The translations under genes and the position numbers were made by a program. The notes below the pieces were generated by a model. That model was given only the letters and a program-made list of their open reading frames with translations. It did no database searches and was not told the DNA's origin. This document shows positions 37,928 to 47,574 of a stretch of DNA of 64,000 bases, one piece after another (the stretch's first letter is position 1; every line of letters begins with the position of its first letter). Origin of the DNA: a bacterium (GTDB lineage Bacteria > RBG-13-61-14 > DATKZS01); assembly GCA_963674965.2 (NCBI GenBank), contig CAXXFL010000001.1, positions 224,001 to 288,000 of the forward strand, given 5' to 3'.

Positions 37928-39325
37928 ATGCAGATTCCATTTTTGCTGGTTGTGTTAACGCTGTTGATTGTATTTGGTCTCGTTGGATTCGTGGCCTGGA
38001 AAAAATATTCCTGGCCATTGTCAGGAAAAGAGCCTCCAGTACTCTCCGGAAAAGTTATAAGAGAGCACGTGTCATTTGAATTTATAGTATGCCTGCTTCC
38101 TTCTTCTGATAAAGACCCACTTTCAGTGTTTGAGGCTCTGTTGGAGAATCAATATTTCGATTTTGAAAAAGTCGACGAAATCATCGCGGAACCAGAACGC
38201 GCCATTATATTACCGACGAAATTTGACGGAAACACCAATCCATTTACTCCGCCGGACCTGGGGTATATTAAACTTTTTGGCCGTGGAGTAAGCGAGGATC
38301 AGGCGGCCGAACTACAGCGGAGTAACCGGGCTCTGGCGCTAATGTTCTTCCATCCCCGCCATGAAGTTTTTAAGGCGCTTAAAGCGGCCAATAGTATGGT
38401 ATATGACATTGCCGCCGAATGTGATGGACTGATTATCGACAACGAAGCTAGGCAGATATTCACTCCCGATGAATGGAGAAAAACAAGGATAGAAGACTGG
38501 AGAGAACAATTTCCAGACGTGAGTAATCATATGACCATGCACGCCTATCAGGATGGTGAATATATCAGGACCATTACTCTTGGGATGGCGAAATTCGGAC
38601 TTCCGGATGTCGTGATAAACCAGACTTCAAGATCTCATGGTATCCAGGTTGGCAATCTTATCAACCTTTTTTGTCAATGCATGGTCGAGGGGGCCGAGTT
38701 TGAACTTGAGGGTGATTATATTCTCAATGTTTTGAGGATAAAAAATAGGGCCATGAGAAAGGCACTCAAAGAGTACTTGATAAGAAATGCCACCGCTAGA
38801 GCGAACATAGTACTTAGGAAAGGCAAGTGGGAAGAAGGCGACCCGGACAACGGAATCGTAGAGATATGCTTTGACCGTTACTCGGGAAAGGACCCACAGG
38901 CGAAACAGGAAGCATTGTTCAGCGAACTGTTTGGATGGGAAGATTCATTGTTCAACGTTGCCCATGAAGGTGAATTGGAAGCGGCAAGTCAAAGAGCTAA
39001 GGAGAAATTGTCCGAAGTGCGCGCCAAATTTCAGAATGACATGAAACCAGGCGACCTAATCATGGTAAAAGCGCCGTTTAATGATCGGGACGGGGGCCAT
39101 GAGTGGATGTGGGTTGAGGTAATAAGATGGGAAGAGAACGATATCCAAGGCCTGTTAAGAAATCAGCCGTTTCACGTGCCTGATCTTCAAGCGGGACAGC
39201 GGGTGGAAGTAAACCAGGATGATATATTTGACTATCTGATTCAATATCGTGATGGGACTCAGGAAGGAAATGAAACAAGCGAAATCATTGAAAGGAATAG
39301 TAAATACACAGAACGTCAGAAGTAA
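37928..39325 (+). CDS. DUF2314 domain-containing membrane-anchored protein
   Basis: TLGMAKFGLPDV, VKAPF...HEWMWVEV..W....GLL.NQP; AT-richer than its flanks. Confidence 0.8.
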   Translation: MQIPFLLVVLTLLIVFGLVGFVAWKKYSWPLSGKEPPVLSGKVIREHVSFEFIVCLLPSSDKDPLSVFEALLENQYFDFEKVDEIIAEPERAIILPTKFDGNTNPFTPPDLGYIKLFGRGVSEDQAAELQRSNRALALMFFHPRHEVFKALKAANSMVYDIAAECDGLIIDNEARQIFTPDEWRKTRIEDWREQFPDVSNHMTMHAYQDGEYIRTITLGMAKFGLPDVVINQTSRSHGIQVGNLINLFCQCMVEGAEFELEGDYILNVLRIKNRAMRKALKEYLIRNATARANIVLRKGKWEEGDPDNGIVEICFDRYSGKDPQAKQEALFSELFGWEDSLFNVAHEGELEAASQRAKEKLSEVRAKFQNDMKPGDLIMVKAPFNDRDGGHEWMWVEVIRWEENDIQGLLRNQPFHVPDLQAGQRVEVNQDDIFDYLIQYRDGTQEGNETSEIIERNSKYTERQK

Positions 39326-39572
39326 ATTCGAATAGATGCAAAAAAACGCGCAATCAAGGCGATCATGCGCAAAAATAAAAGACGCACCGTATAGTTCGTA
39401 TGCCGGGAGGGAATCACGCAGTTTCCGCTGAACCGTGTGGGCCATCACCCATCGAAAGAGGGTTTTGAGGATTGGCGGATTTTAAGTTGAAACCGCGCCG
39501 CCGCCTCACCCCCGTCCGCTTGACCCTTCCAGCCTCCGGTTGCTAGACTTGGCCTTACTTCCTGGGAGGGAA

Positions 39573-41189
39573 ATGAAAATGAACAAAGGCGCGTGGACGA
39601 TTATCCTTATTTGGGCGGCGGTCTGGTGTTGTGACCTCGCGGCAAGGGCCGATGACCAGTGCGAGGAGCCGGTCGCGACCGCGTCGGGCCTGGTGCGGGG
39701 AACGGACGCCGAGACCCCCGGCGCGTGCGCGTGGCGCGGCATCCCCTTTGCCGAGCCCCCCGCGGGCGAGCTGCGCTGGAAAGCCCCCCGGCTCGCGCCG
39801 GCCTGGTCCGGCGTTCGCGAGACGACGGAATTCGGCCCCATGTGCGTACAAAACGTGCCCGGCCCCCTGGTGAAGCTCGAGAGCAAGGCGGGCATGTCCG
39901 AGGACTGCCTTTATTTGAACGTCTGGCGCCCGAAAAAATCGGGCCAGTTCCCGGTCATGGTCTGGATTCACGGCGGGGGCTACACCATAGGAGTGTCGTC
40001 CACCCCCATGTACTGGGGCGACCGCCTGGCCGCGGAGGGCGACGTGGTAGTGGTTTCCACCAACTACCGCCTGAACCTCTTCGGGTTCTTCTCGAGTCCG
40101 GCGCTCCTCTCGGAGGACCCGAACCAGTCCACCGGGAATTACGCCTTCCTCGACCAGGTGGCCGCCCTTGAATGGGTGCGGGACAACATCGAGAATTTCG
40201 GCGGAGACCCGGACAACGTGACCATCTTCGGGGAATCCGCGGGAGGACTCTCCGTGTGCACCCTTTACGCGACCCCCATCGCCAGGGGACTGTTCCATCG
40301 GGCGATCATCGAGAGCGGCGGCTGCGGCTTGAGCGAGGACCTGGGCCTGGGCTACCAAAACGCGAGACTGACCGCGGACAAGGTCGGGTGCGGCCTCGAG
40401 GATCTCGAGTGCCTGCGAGCGCTTCCCGCGAGAAAGCTCATCGCCGCCATGCCCAAGGGGATGGCCAGAAACGGCAACGTTCCCCACCACGACGGCCACG
40501 TTTTAACCGGAACCCCACTCTCCATGATCCGGGAAGGAAACTATAACCGCGTCCCCCTCCTGGCCGGCTACAACCGCGAGGAATTCGCGAACATGCTCAA
40601 GCTTTATCCGAAAATCAAGTACACCCGGCCCAGGGACTACGAGAAAAAACTGGTGGAAGGGGGTATGATGTCGCCGGAGACGGCCTCCGATTTCGCCCGG
40701 CTCTATCCGCTCGGCGAGTACCAGAATCGCCCGGTCGTGGCATACGGCCACGCCTTCGCGGTGGATAACTTCTTCGCCTGCAGTACCCACGACGGCCTGG
40801 TCTCGGCGTCTGGGCAAGGGACCCCGACCTGGTTCTACCGCTTCGACTACGACCACATGCGCTTTGGCAAGTACTTCGGGGCGGCCCATTCCTTCGAGAT
40901 ACCCTTCGTGTTCGACAACTTCGACCGCATGCCCATGAACGCCTTTTACAACGACAAGAACGTGGTCCCCGCGAGGGAGTTGTCCAAGACCATGCAGGCC
41001 TACTGGGTGAACTTCGCCAAGACCGGAAACCCCAACGGCCCCGGCCTTCCGGAGTGGCCCGAGTTCTCAGCCGAGTCTCCCCGACTCCAGGTTTTCGATT
41101 ACGACGTCCGCGCCGAGGACGTCGGGCTCTCCGACCGTTGCGCCTTCTGGGCCGACCACCCCATGGAGCAAATGCCGGACCTGAAATAG
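39573..41189 (+). CDS. Secreted type-B carboxylesterase/lipase
   Basis: GIPFAEPP.GELRW, SEDCLYLNVW, WIHGGG, GESAG, AAHSFE; candidate promoter TTGACC-18-TAGACT at 39520-39549. Confidence 0.95.
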   Translation: MKMNKGAWTIILIWAAVWCCDLAARADDQCEEPVATASGLVRGTDAETPGACAWRGIPFAEPPAGELRWKAPRLAPAWSGVRETTEFGPMCVQNVPGPLVKLESKAGMSEDCLYLNVWRPKKSGQFPVMVWIHGGGYTIGVSSTPMYWGDRLAAEGDVVVVSTNYRLNLFGFFSSPALLSEDPNQSTGNYAFLDQVAALEWVRDNIENFGGDPDNVTIFGESAGGLSVCTLYATPIARGLFHRAIIESGGCGLSEDLGLGYQNARLTADKVGCGLEDLECLRALPARKLIAAMPKGMARNGNVPHHDGHVLTGTPLSMIREGNYNRVPLLAGYNREEFANMLKLYPKIKYTRPRDYEKKLVEGGMMSPETASDFARLYPLGEYQNRPVVAYGHAFAVDNFFACSTHDGLVSASGQGTPTWFYRFDYDHMRFGKYFGAAHSFEIPFVFDNFDRMPMNAFYNDKNVVPARELSKTMQAYWVNFAKTGNPNGPGLPEWPEFSAESPRLQVFDYDVRAEDVGLSDRCAFWADHPMEQMPDLK

Positions 41190-41378
41190 CGATCGAGGAT
41201 TCGGAAAATTCAGGCACGGTATTTATTTCCCTTTGAAACTCTTGACGCGGGGTAACAAATGCTAGAGGTTTGGACTGTAATGTGGAAATTGAATGATTCC
41301 GGGTGATGTGGCGGGAGCGGGTTGTGGGGGTTGGTGGATTTTTTCGTGGAAAAGCACTGGTAAGGATGGCTGGTGGGG

Positions 41379-41414
41379 TATGGCAGGCCCGTCCCACAGC
41401 GGCACCCTGCCATA
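41379..41414. terminator. Hairpin between convergent genes
   Basis: tatggcagg ... cctgccata, a 9 bp inverted repeat. Confidence 0.3.
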
Positions 41415-41472
41415 TGACGATATTTTATGTACTATATATACGGATAAAATGGGATAGTGTCCCCCGATTTGA

Positions 41473-43056
41473 TTAATAGATTTTTACGAGAGACACTCCA
41501 TGCGATGGAACAATTGAGCTAAATTTGCCATTAAATGCTCCAATATTCTTTTGACGCCACAAGTCGCGCACAGTCTTTTCTCCATCGATACTCAGTTCTT
41601 TCCAGGATATTGATATTCTCATTTCTTCTTCTCCGAGATTGAATAAGCCGATAGACAATGAACCGTCTTCCATCGGCTTGGCCATAATGAGCTGGTTGTC
41701 GGCATGACGGATGATATGACCTTGCCGCCCTAACGGATCCTGATCGACATCAATGACTTCCGAGTTTGTAAGAATGTTCAAAGTAAACGGGTCGAGCTTT
41801 TCCATATCGCCGGAGAAAAATAGCGGAGCAGCCATTAATGCCCACATAGACATATAAGAATACTGCTCGTCTGGTGTCAGATTGGTTGGTTTCCCTTCGC
41901 CCATACCAACAAGTGCATCTCCCACCCAACCTATAAGCAGATAGTCGGGGTCGTTCCATGCTCCAGGTCCCGCATATTCGTGATATTTAGCATTTTCCAG
42001 ACCAATATAATAAAATCCCGGCAGTTCTTTTCCTTTTTTGAGCCCCAGATCTCCGGTAGTCCTCCAGCTATTCCCGCCAGTTCTGGCACCCCACTCCCAG
42101 ACATCTTTCATTCCGTACTGGCAGAGGTTATATACTATGTCGCGCTCCTGAGAAGCAAGCAGTCTCCCCATTTTTATATATGGTCTGGCATAGTCCTTTT
42201 TCCGAAAGCCCCTCGGCAGGTAGCTGCACCAGTCGTATTTCAGGAAATCAAAACCCCACTTAGCGAATTTTCTGGCATCTTCTTCCTCACGAGAATAGCT
42301 TCCGACATAATTGGCACAAGTCCATTTTCCAGGAGAAGTGTACAAACCGGCCCGTAGTCCATGCGAATGGATATGATCTACCATGCCTTTGATATCAGGA
42401 AACTTATCATTGGGCAGTATGGCTCCGTCTTTATCGCGGTACGGAGCGTCTCCTCTTTTTTTCATCCAACAGTCGTCTATATTCACGTACATGTAACCGG
42501 CATCGGCCATTCCCGACTCTATCATTGCATCCGCGGCATTCCGCATGTGTTGTTCTGTAACGCGATTGTAGTGTATGTACCACGAGTTCCAGCCCATTGG
42601 AGGCGTAAGAGCCAGTGTGTCGCCTACAATAAGGCAGAATGCGCGTTTGTATGTTCCGTGCCCGTTTTCCGCCACGAACTCAATTTCATAGTCCTTAGAT
42701 TCACCAGGGACACTCCCGGTAATGATCCCTGTAGACCCATTCAAAGACATTCCGGCAGGTAGTCCTGCAGCACTGAAAACTATTGGGCGCTCACCCGTGC
42801 AGGGAATTCTGTAGATGAATGGGCTTTTTGGTCTTGCTCCAAACACTTTAGGCCCGTTGATACGCGGCTCTGGTCCTGGCTCCGGGGTTAGTATATATCT
42901 TTCATACCCGGATGATTCCTGCCGCATTCCCTCATCAGAAGAATTCACTGAATACACTGAGGTGGATAAAAAGCCTGCTGTTAAGATTATTAAAAATGCA
43001 TTGATAATCTTGCTTTTGTTAAGGCTGGTCGAGCAGTGTTTTGGAAAGTTTTTCAT
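41473..43056 (-). CDS. Alpha-galactosidase, GH27, with N-terminal putative Ig domain
   Basis: LALTPPMGWNSW, NIDDCW, DFLKYDWC, SWRTTGD, WNDPDYL; AT-richer; start uncertain. Confidence 0.93.
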   Translation of the reverse strand: MKNFPKHCSTSLNKSKIINAFLIILTAGFLSTSVYSVNSSDEGMRQESSGYERYILTPEPGPEPRINGPKVFGARPKSPFIYRIPCTGERPIVFSAAGLPAGMSLNGSTGIITGSVPGESKDYEIEFVAENGHGTYKRAFCLIVGDTLALTPPMGWNSWYIHYNRVTEQHMRNAADAMIESGMADAGYMYVNIDDCWMKKRGDAPYRDKDGAILPNDKFPDIKGMVDHIHSHGLRAGLYTSPGKWTCANYVGSYSREEEDARKFAKWGFDFLKYDWCSYLPRGFRKKDYARPYIKMGRLLASQERDIVYNLCQYGMKDVWEWGARTGGNSWRTTGDLGLKKGKELPGFYYIGLENAKYHEYAGPGAWNDPDYLLIGWVGDALVGMGEGKPTNLTPDEQYSYMSMWALMAAPLFFSGDMEKLDPFTLNILTNSEVIDVDQDPLGRQGHIIRHADNQLIMAKPMEDGSLSIGLFNLGEEEMRISISWKELSIDGEKTVRDLWRQKNIGAFNGKFSSIVPSHGVSLVKIY

Positions 43057-43113
43057 CGAACAGAGTCTCACTTTGCTAAAGATTTTATCAAACAGAAAAG
43101 TCGAGAACACCAG

Positions 43114-43209
43114 TCAGCCAACCAGTTCCTTTTCAATTTCTTCGAGACTTTTCCCCTTCGTTTCGGGTAGTCGTTTCCATATGAACAGGAAACCAAGCAC
43201 GCAGATAAT
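43114..43209 (-). pseudogene. C-terminal fragment of a sugar-porter MFS transporter
   Basis: Translates IICVLGFLFIWKRLPETKGKSLEEIEKELVG*, with the PETKG signature; an in-frame stop lies shortly upstream. Confidence 0.85.
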
Positions 43210-43327
43210 AGTATTGGCCTTCCCCCAAAAACCGGTCCAAGCTTAAAGTTATGCTTTATACTAGATTATTTGGGTAATGATTGCAAGGAGCAGGTCATAA
43301 GATCTGTGGACACAATACATAACTCAC

Positions 43328-43995
43328 CACTGCTGTCCAAAATAATCGATTATCCTCTTCCGCGTTCAGCAAAATTAGTAGTTTAAGCCGCTCGGTTCCT
43401 TCTCCGCTAAACCAGGTCTCCCCTCCACAATACTCCTAGGACAGGTCCAGTTCGAGTTGCAGCGGTCCCGGCCCGGTTATTGGCGTTTGGAACGGGTCGT
43501 TGAGCCAGGCGAACAGATCCCTGTAGGTGAGCAAATTCATCCGCACCATGGCCGCCAAGTTGGACAGGCTCCAGCCGAAGCTCGCCTTGAGTTGCATGAA
43601 CTTCAGGAGCAGTATGGCGATCAAAGCTGTCCAAATCTGGGTCTTGTCCGCGTTGGGCGTGGTTCCCAGAAAGGTCTTGATCTTCAGGTTCTGCTTGAGC
43701 GCCTTGAAGAACAGCTCGATCTGCCACCGGTCCTTGTAAACCGCTCCGATAGTGGCCGCGGGCAGGTCCGTGTTGTTGGTGATGAAGGCGATGTTCCGTC
43801 CCGTTTCGGGGTCCTGGACGACCACGCGCCGCAAGAGGGTGGGGTACTTCTCCCCGCCCGGGCCGATGAGCCGGATCATGCAGTCCAAGATAACGCCGTC
43901 CGAGCAGGGCAGATAGTACTCGATGTCGAAGAGGATGTTGGACTTGGTCCGGGTCACGAAGAACACGCCCTCGGAGTGGAGCCGGGCCAGCCATG
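43328..43995 (-). mobile_element. Truncated IS4-family element (3' half of DDE transposase plus right end)
   Basis: FFVTR.K.N, YKDRWQIELFFKALKQNLKIKTFLG (YREK motif); probable terminus CACTGCTGTCCAA at 43328; 5' half missing. Confidence 0.88.
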
Positions 43996-44103
43996 GGCAC
44001 AAGGGGAAAATGCAAGAAGGGGCCGATCACATCGAGGGCGGTGGACCTGGTTGTGAAAAGGAATAGCAAACAGGCGGGCATCGAGAAGAGAGTCACGAGC
44101 CAC
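43996..44103 (+). pseudogene. Tyrosine recombinase (XerC/D-like) fragment
   Basis: PITSRAVDLVVKRNSKQAGIEKRVTSH matches the segment leading into H-x-x-R and is cut right after the His. Confidence 0.65.
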
Positions 44104-44112
44104 AACTCCCTA

Positions 44113-44433
44113 AACATGCCATGCTTCAATCCCATGTTGGAATTCACCAAAGACGACATTCTCACTTTGATCAAGTCAAGATATGGACTATCTCTGAATC
44201 CGGTGTATAAACACATGGACAGGACGTATTGCTTATGCTGTTACACCTCAGACTCAAAAAGACAAGCCTACAACTCGGAGGATTTTCCCGAGGAATGTGA
44301 AAAGTATTATGGGCAAATAGAGAAAATGCTTTTTGATAGCGGCCTTCTTGATAGAGTTCCTCAAGCACCTGAACGCAAGACACGAACTGAGAAGTTGGAC
44401 ACTGCATTAAGAAGAAGTCCGGAAGCGCTCTAA
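44113..44433 (+). pseudogene. C-terminal fragment of a PAPS-reductase-family protein
   Basis: NPMLEFTKDDI....YGLSLNPVY..MDRTYCLCC resembles the P..W...D......NPLY...R.GC..C motif. Confidence 0.55.
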
Positions 44434-44453
44434 TTGATCTCAGGCTCAAAGAA

Positions 44454-45077
44454 GTGATGGCCGAGATAGCTCCGATCTCCCGGACCGTCCACCGCACCCT
44501 TAAACACTGCATCGCCTTTAAGAAAGGGCCGACTCGCCAGCTATTCCTCCGCTATCACCCCGAGAGCAAGACCGTGGGCTTGGCAATGATGCCCGGCGAC
44601 ACTATGGTTCAAGCCAGGGAATTGTATCCCAGCGTCAACCTAGATCAATTCCTCGCTTTAACCCGCAAGGGATGGGACATCCAAGCCAACATGCACTTCA
44701 GCCACATCCAGCGGCACTACTACTGGGGAAAAGCTAAAATTGATTTAAAAAGGTACATGACCTATTGGCAGGAGCATTGGAAAGAAATCGTCCAGGTGGA
44801 CCGGGACGTAAATAGAAATTTTGCCCCCTACTTCGACCAGCTTCTCTCACTCAAGATGATTGACCACGAAGACCTCAAGGAACTCGACCGCATTTTCACT
44901 CAGAAAAACCGCAACCATATACGCCCCTGTCCCGGCATTGACATGGAGTACACCTGGAGCTTGGAGGAAGCCGCCCGCTTAGACGAAAAAGGTGAACTTG
45001 CTTCTCTGGCCAAGGAAAAAATCATGGAGGCACTTTCAACCTGGGGCCAGCCCTTTAAACCCGACGTTAGAGACTAG
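44454..45077 (+). CDS. Hypothetical protein, probably N-terminally truncated
   Basis: 207 aa ORF with protein-like composition, no clear RBS, embedded in mobile-element debris. Confidence 0.55.
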   Translation: MMAEIAPISRTVHRTLKHCIAFKKGPTRQLFLRYHPESKTVGLAMMPGDTMVQARELYPSVNLDQFLALTRKGWDIQANMHFSHIQRHYYWGKAKIDLKRYMTYWQEHWKEIVQVDRDVNRNFAPYFDQLLSLKMIDHEDLKELDRIFTQKNRNHIRPCPGIDMEYTWSLEEAARLDEKGELASLAKEKIMEALSTWGQPFKPDVRD

Positions 45078-45458
45078 CAAATACATAGGGCAACGGATTA
45101 AAAGTCCAGTAGGCTACCTGGCTTTGATGGACGGCGAGGTGAGGTCTGGCATACATTATTGACCTTGGATTGATGTCTCTATGGTCGAGCAGATCACCGC
45201 TCCTAAAGGAGAAGGCTTTCCTCGCCGCAAATGGTCCTCGTGGTATGCGGTTTTACTTTGATAAGGCGCGAAATAGTTCAGTCTATGCATTGGCTTCTAC
45301 CTCTCAACGTTGGAACTATAGTTCTTTCTTGGCCTACTATCAATTCATTATTCATTTTTCCTTATCAACGGTTTAATCGATGAGGGAGTCTTGTGATGGA
45401 ACAGGGCTAAGGCCTTCAGGGGGGCATCAATGATCTTAGAGGGGAAACCGAAAATAGA

Positions 45459-45545
45459 TTAAACCATCCCATCATCCTCATAAGCCTTCTTGATGTCATA
45501 GAAATGCTGCCTGCTCACACCGTTGATCCGGCAAGCAGCGCTACG
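45459..45545 (-). pseudogene. IS481-like transposase N-terminal HTH fragment
   Basis: SAACRINGVSRQHFYDIKKAYEDDG followed by a stop. Confidence 0.6.
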
Positions 45546-45676
45546 TGACGTATCCGGTGGTTTTCGCGCTGGCTTCTTTAGTTCCTTATCGGCTTTTCGG
45601 GTCCCGCGGTCACTATTGTTTACCTTTTCTGTGTTCCCTGTTACTGCTCGCGGCGGTTTGGCGTACGTCCGGGGCT

Positions 45677-45840
45677 GGGTCGCCCATGCATCATGCATGG
45701 GCGGCGTAAGCCGCGGGCTGATTTTCTACCGCTATCGGGACCCTCCAATCGCCAGCCGGAAAGCGCCTCCAAGCGCCCTCGGCCCCGAAGACTGAAGCCC
45801 GTTCGCTTCGCTAACCCACGCGATATGCGTGGGCGACCCC
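45677..45840. repeat. Inverted pair of REP-like palindromes
   Basis: GGGTCGCCCATGCATCATGCATGGG (+, 45677) and GGGTCGCCCACGCATATCGCGTGGG (-, 45815-45839). Confidence 0.7.
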
Positions 45841-45923
45841 GCCATATAGCGGAGGTATATGTGTTACCTATAATTCAAGACTCGTCCCGCGGGTTACCCG
45901 TTGCATCGCCCGCCGGCGAAAGC

Positions 45924-47480
45924 CTAGAACTCCTCCGACCGGGATTCACCCTCCCGGCTGACGCGGACCCCCGCGGGGCCCTCGACCGGGCAGACGTGCT
46001 CGCAAGTACCGCAGCCTATGCATAAGTGGTCCAGGACGTAGGGCCGCTCGATTTCCATCTCGGTCCCGTCCGGGCCCTTTATTGTCTCGCTTTTAAGCTG
46101 GATGGCCTTGTCCGGGAGCGGACACATCTCCTCGCACACGAAGCAGGGTATGCCCCGGGCGTAAGGCACGCAGATGGACGGATCGAAGGCGGCCCGGCCG
46201 ATGACCACGAGCTTTTTTTCCGGTCCGGCCAGTCTCGTTATGGCCCCGGTGGGACAGACCTGGCCGCAAAGGGTGCAGTTATACTCGCAGTAGCCGATAC
46301 GGGGAACGACCGCGGGCGTGAAGACCCCCTCCAGCCCGGCCTGGAAAACCGAGGGCTGGAGGGCGTTCTTGATGCAGACCTTCATGCACTCGCCGCAGCG
46401 CAGGCACCTGGCCAGGAACTCCTTTTCCGGCAGCGAGCCCGGCGGCCTGATAAGGAGGTGGCTCGTCCCGGACGAGGCGGCGCTGACCGCGGGCAGGGCG
46501 GGCAGGACGGCCCCCGCCGCGAGGGACCCCACGAAGCCCCGCCGGGAAATCCCGAGGGGAGCGGGCTTTGGCTTCACCCGCTTGAACTTGAAGCCGATAA
46601 TCTTTTTGTCGCACTCGTCCACGCAGTCGAGACAGAGGTTGCAGGCCTCCGGGGATATGCGGCCCTCATCGTCGATGGCGCCCATGCGGCAGACCTCGGC
46701 GCATTTCATGCACTTCTTGTCGCAGGCCTTGCCCGGATACCACTTAAGGAGTCCGAACCTGGCCACTAATCCCAGCATGGCCCCCAGCGGGCAAAGGTTC
46801 CGGCACCAGAACCTCCTCTCGATCCGCTCGAGGGCGAAAACCACGATCAGTATCAGCCCGGCCGTAACTCCGAGATGAAAGACCCCTCCCTTGTAAGGCA
46901 GCAGGGTATTGACGAGCGCTTTGTAAACGGGCTCGCTGATATCCGTCAACCAGCCGGGACCGCCTTTGTAAAGGGCCTCGAAAATCGAGGTGACCGAGTG
47001 ATGAAGCGCCGGGTCGGCGGTCAGGGCCAGTCCCCGCGTCAAAATGGAAAAGGGGTCCAGATAGCCCACGAGTTGGAGCCCGAAAAGGGCGGACGTGAGG
47101 ACGATGGCCAGGAGGTAATACTTGAGCGTCCGGTAGCGGCCGGCCGGTCCGGTCTTCCTTGCCGGAATGACCTTGCGCGCCCCGTCCAAAAGGGTACCCA
47201 TGGGGCATACCCAGCCGCAAAAGAACCTGCCCAGGACGACGGTGGCCAGGACCAGGGCCAGGGCCGGAAGCATGAGACCGATAATAGTCTTGCCCGCCAG
47301 GATGGACGCCGCGGCGGCCAGGGGATCGAAGCGGAAGAAGACGTTGACGGCGTAGGGGATTTCATCGGTCCCCCCGTAGTCGGTCTTCCTGAACAGGAAG
47401 AGGAACAGGGCCAGGAATAGTATCTGAACCAGCCGTCTCCAGAAGTTGGCCTTGATTTTCCTCGGGGCCTCGTCCGCCAT
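45924..47480 (-). CDS. Membrane polyferredoxin (NapH/MauN-like fused to NapG/MauM-like)
   Basis: GRFFCGWVCPMG, RFWCRNLCPLG, several CxxCxxCxxxC motifs, internal SRRGF, IRPPG. Confidence 0.92.
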   Translation of the reverse strand: MADEAPRKIKANFWRRLVQILFLALFLFLFRKTDYGGTDEIPYAVNVFFRFDPLAAAASILAGKTIIGLMLPALALVLATVVLGRFFCGWVCPMGTLLDGARKVIPARKTGPAGRYRTLKYYLLAIVLTSALFGLQLVGYLDPFSILTRGLALTADPALHHSVTSIFEALYKGGPGWLTDISEPVYKALVNTLLPYKGGVFHLGVTAGLILIVVFALERIERRFWCRNLCPLGAMLGLVARFGLLKWYPGKACDKKCMKCAEVCRMGAIDDEGRISPEACNLCLDCVDECDKKIIGFKFKRVKPKPAPLGISRRGFVGSLAAGAVLPALPAVSAASSGTSHLLIRPPGSLPEKEFLARCLRCGECMKVCIKNALQPSVFQAGLEGVFTPAVVPRIGYCEYNCTLCGQVCPTGAITRLAGPEKKLVVIGRAAFDPSICVPYARGIPCFVCEEMCPLPDKAIQLKSETIKGPDGTEMEIERPYVLDHLCIGCGTCEHVCPVEGPAGVRVSREGESRSEEF

Positions 47481-47574
47481 AAAGATGCTTCCCCCTCGAG
47501 CGCGGTTTTTTATCTTGAGAGACCGCCGCCTGTGGCCTCCAAAAAAGGAAGCCCATCGGCGGGCGGTTTCAAAT

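Larger units (their letters stand above)
29968..45840. mobile_element. Degraded genomic island / accessory region downstream of tRNA-Leu
   Basis: Follows a tRNA, alternates GC-rich and AT-richer blocks and contains IS4, IS481-like and integrase fragments; no attR duplication was seen. Confidence 0.55.

Noticed and set aside
39326-39450. Integron attC site after the DUF2314 gene
   Set aside because: No convincing RYYYAAC…GTTRRRY pair with internal symmetry, and no integron integrase.
41445-41472. End motif of a Y1-transposase element (GATAGTGTCCCCCGATT)
   Set aside because: A single short resemblance from memory with no transposase next to it.
43993-44433. A genuine 146 aa integrase-PAPS reductase fusion gene
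   Set aside because: Both halves lack their catalytic cores; an accidental in-frame deletion junction explains it better.
29940-45900. attR duplication of the tRNA-Leu 3' end
   Set aside because: No second copy was found by eye, so the island limits remain approximate.
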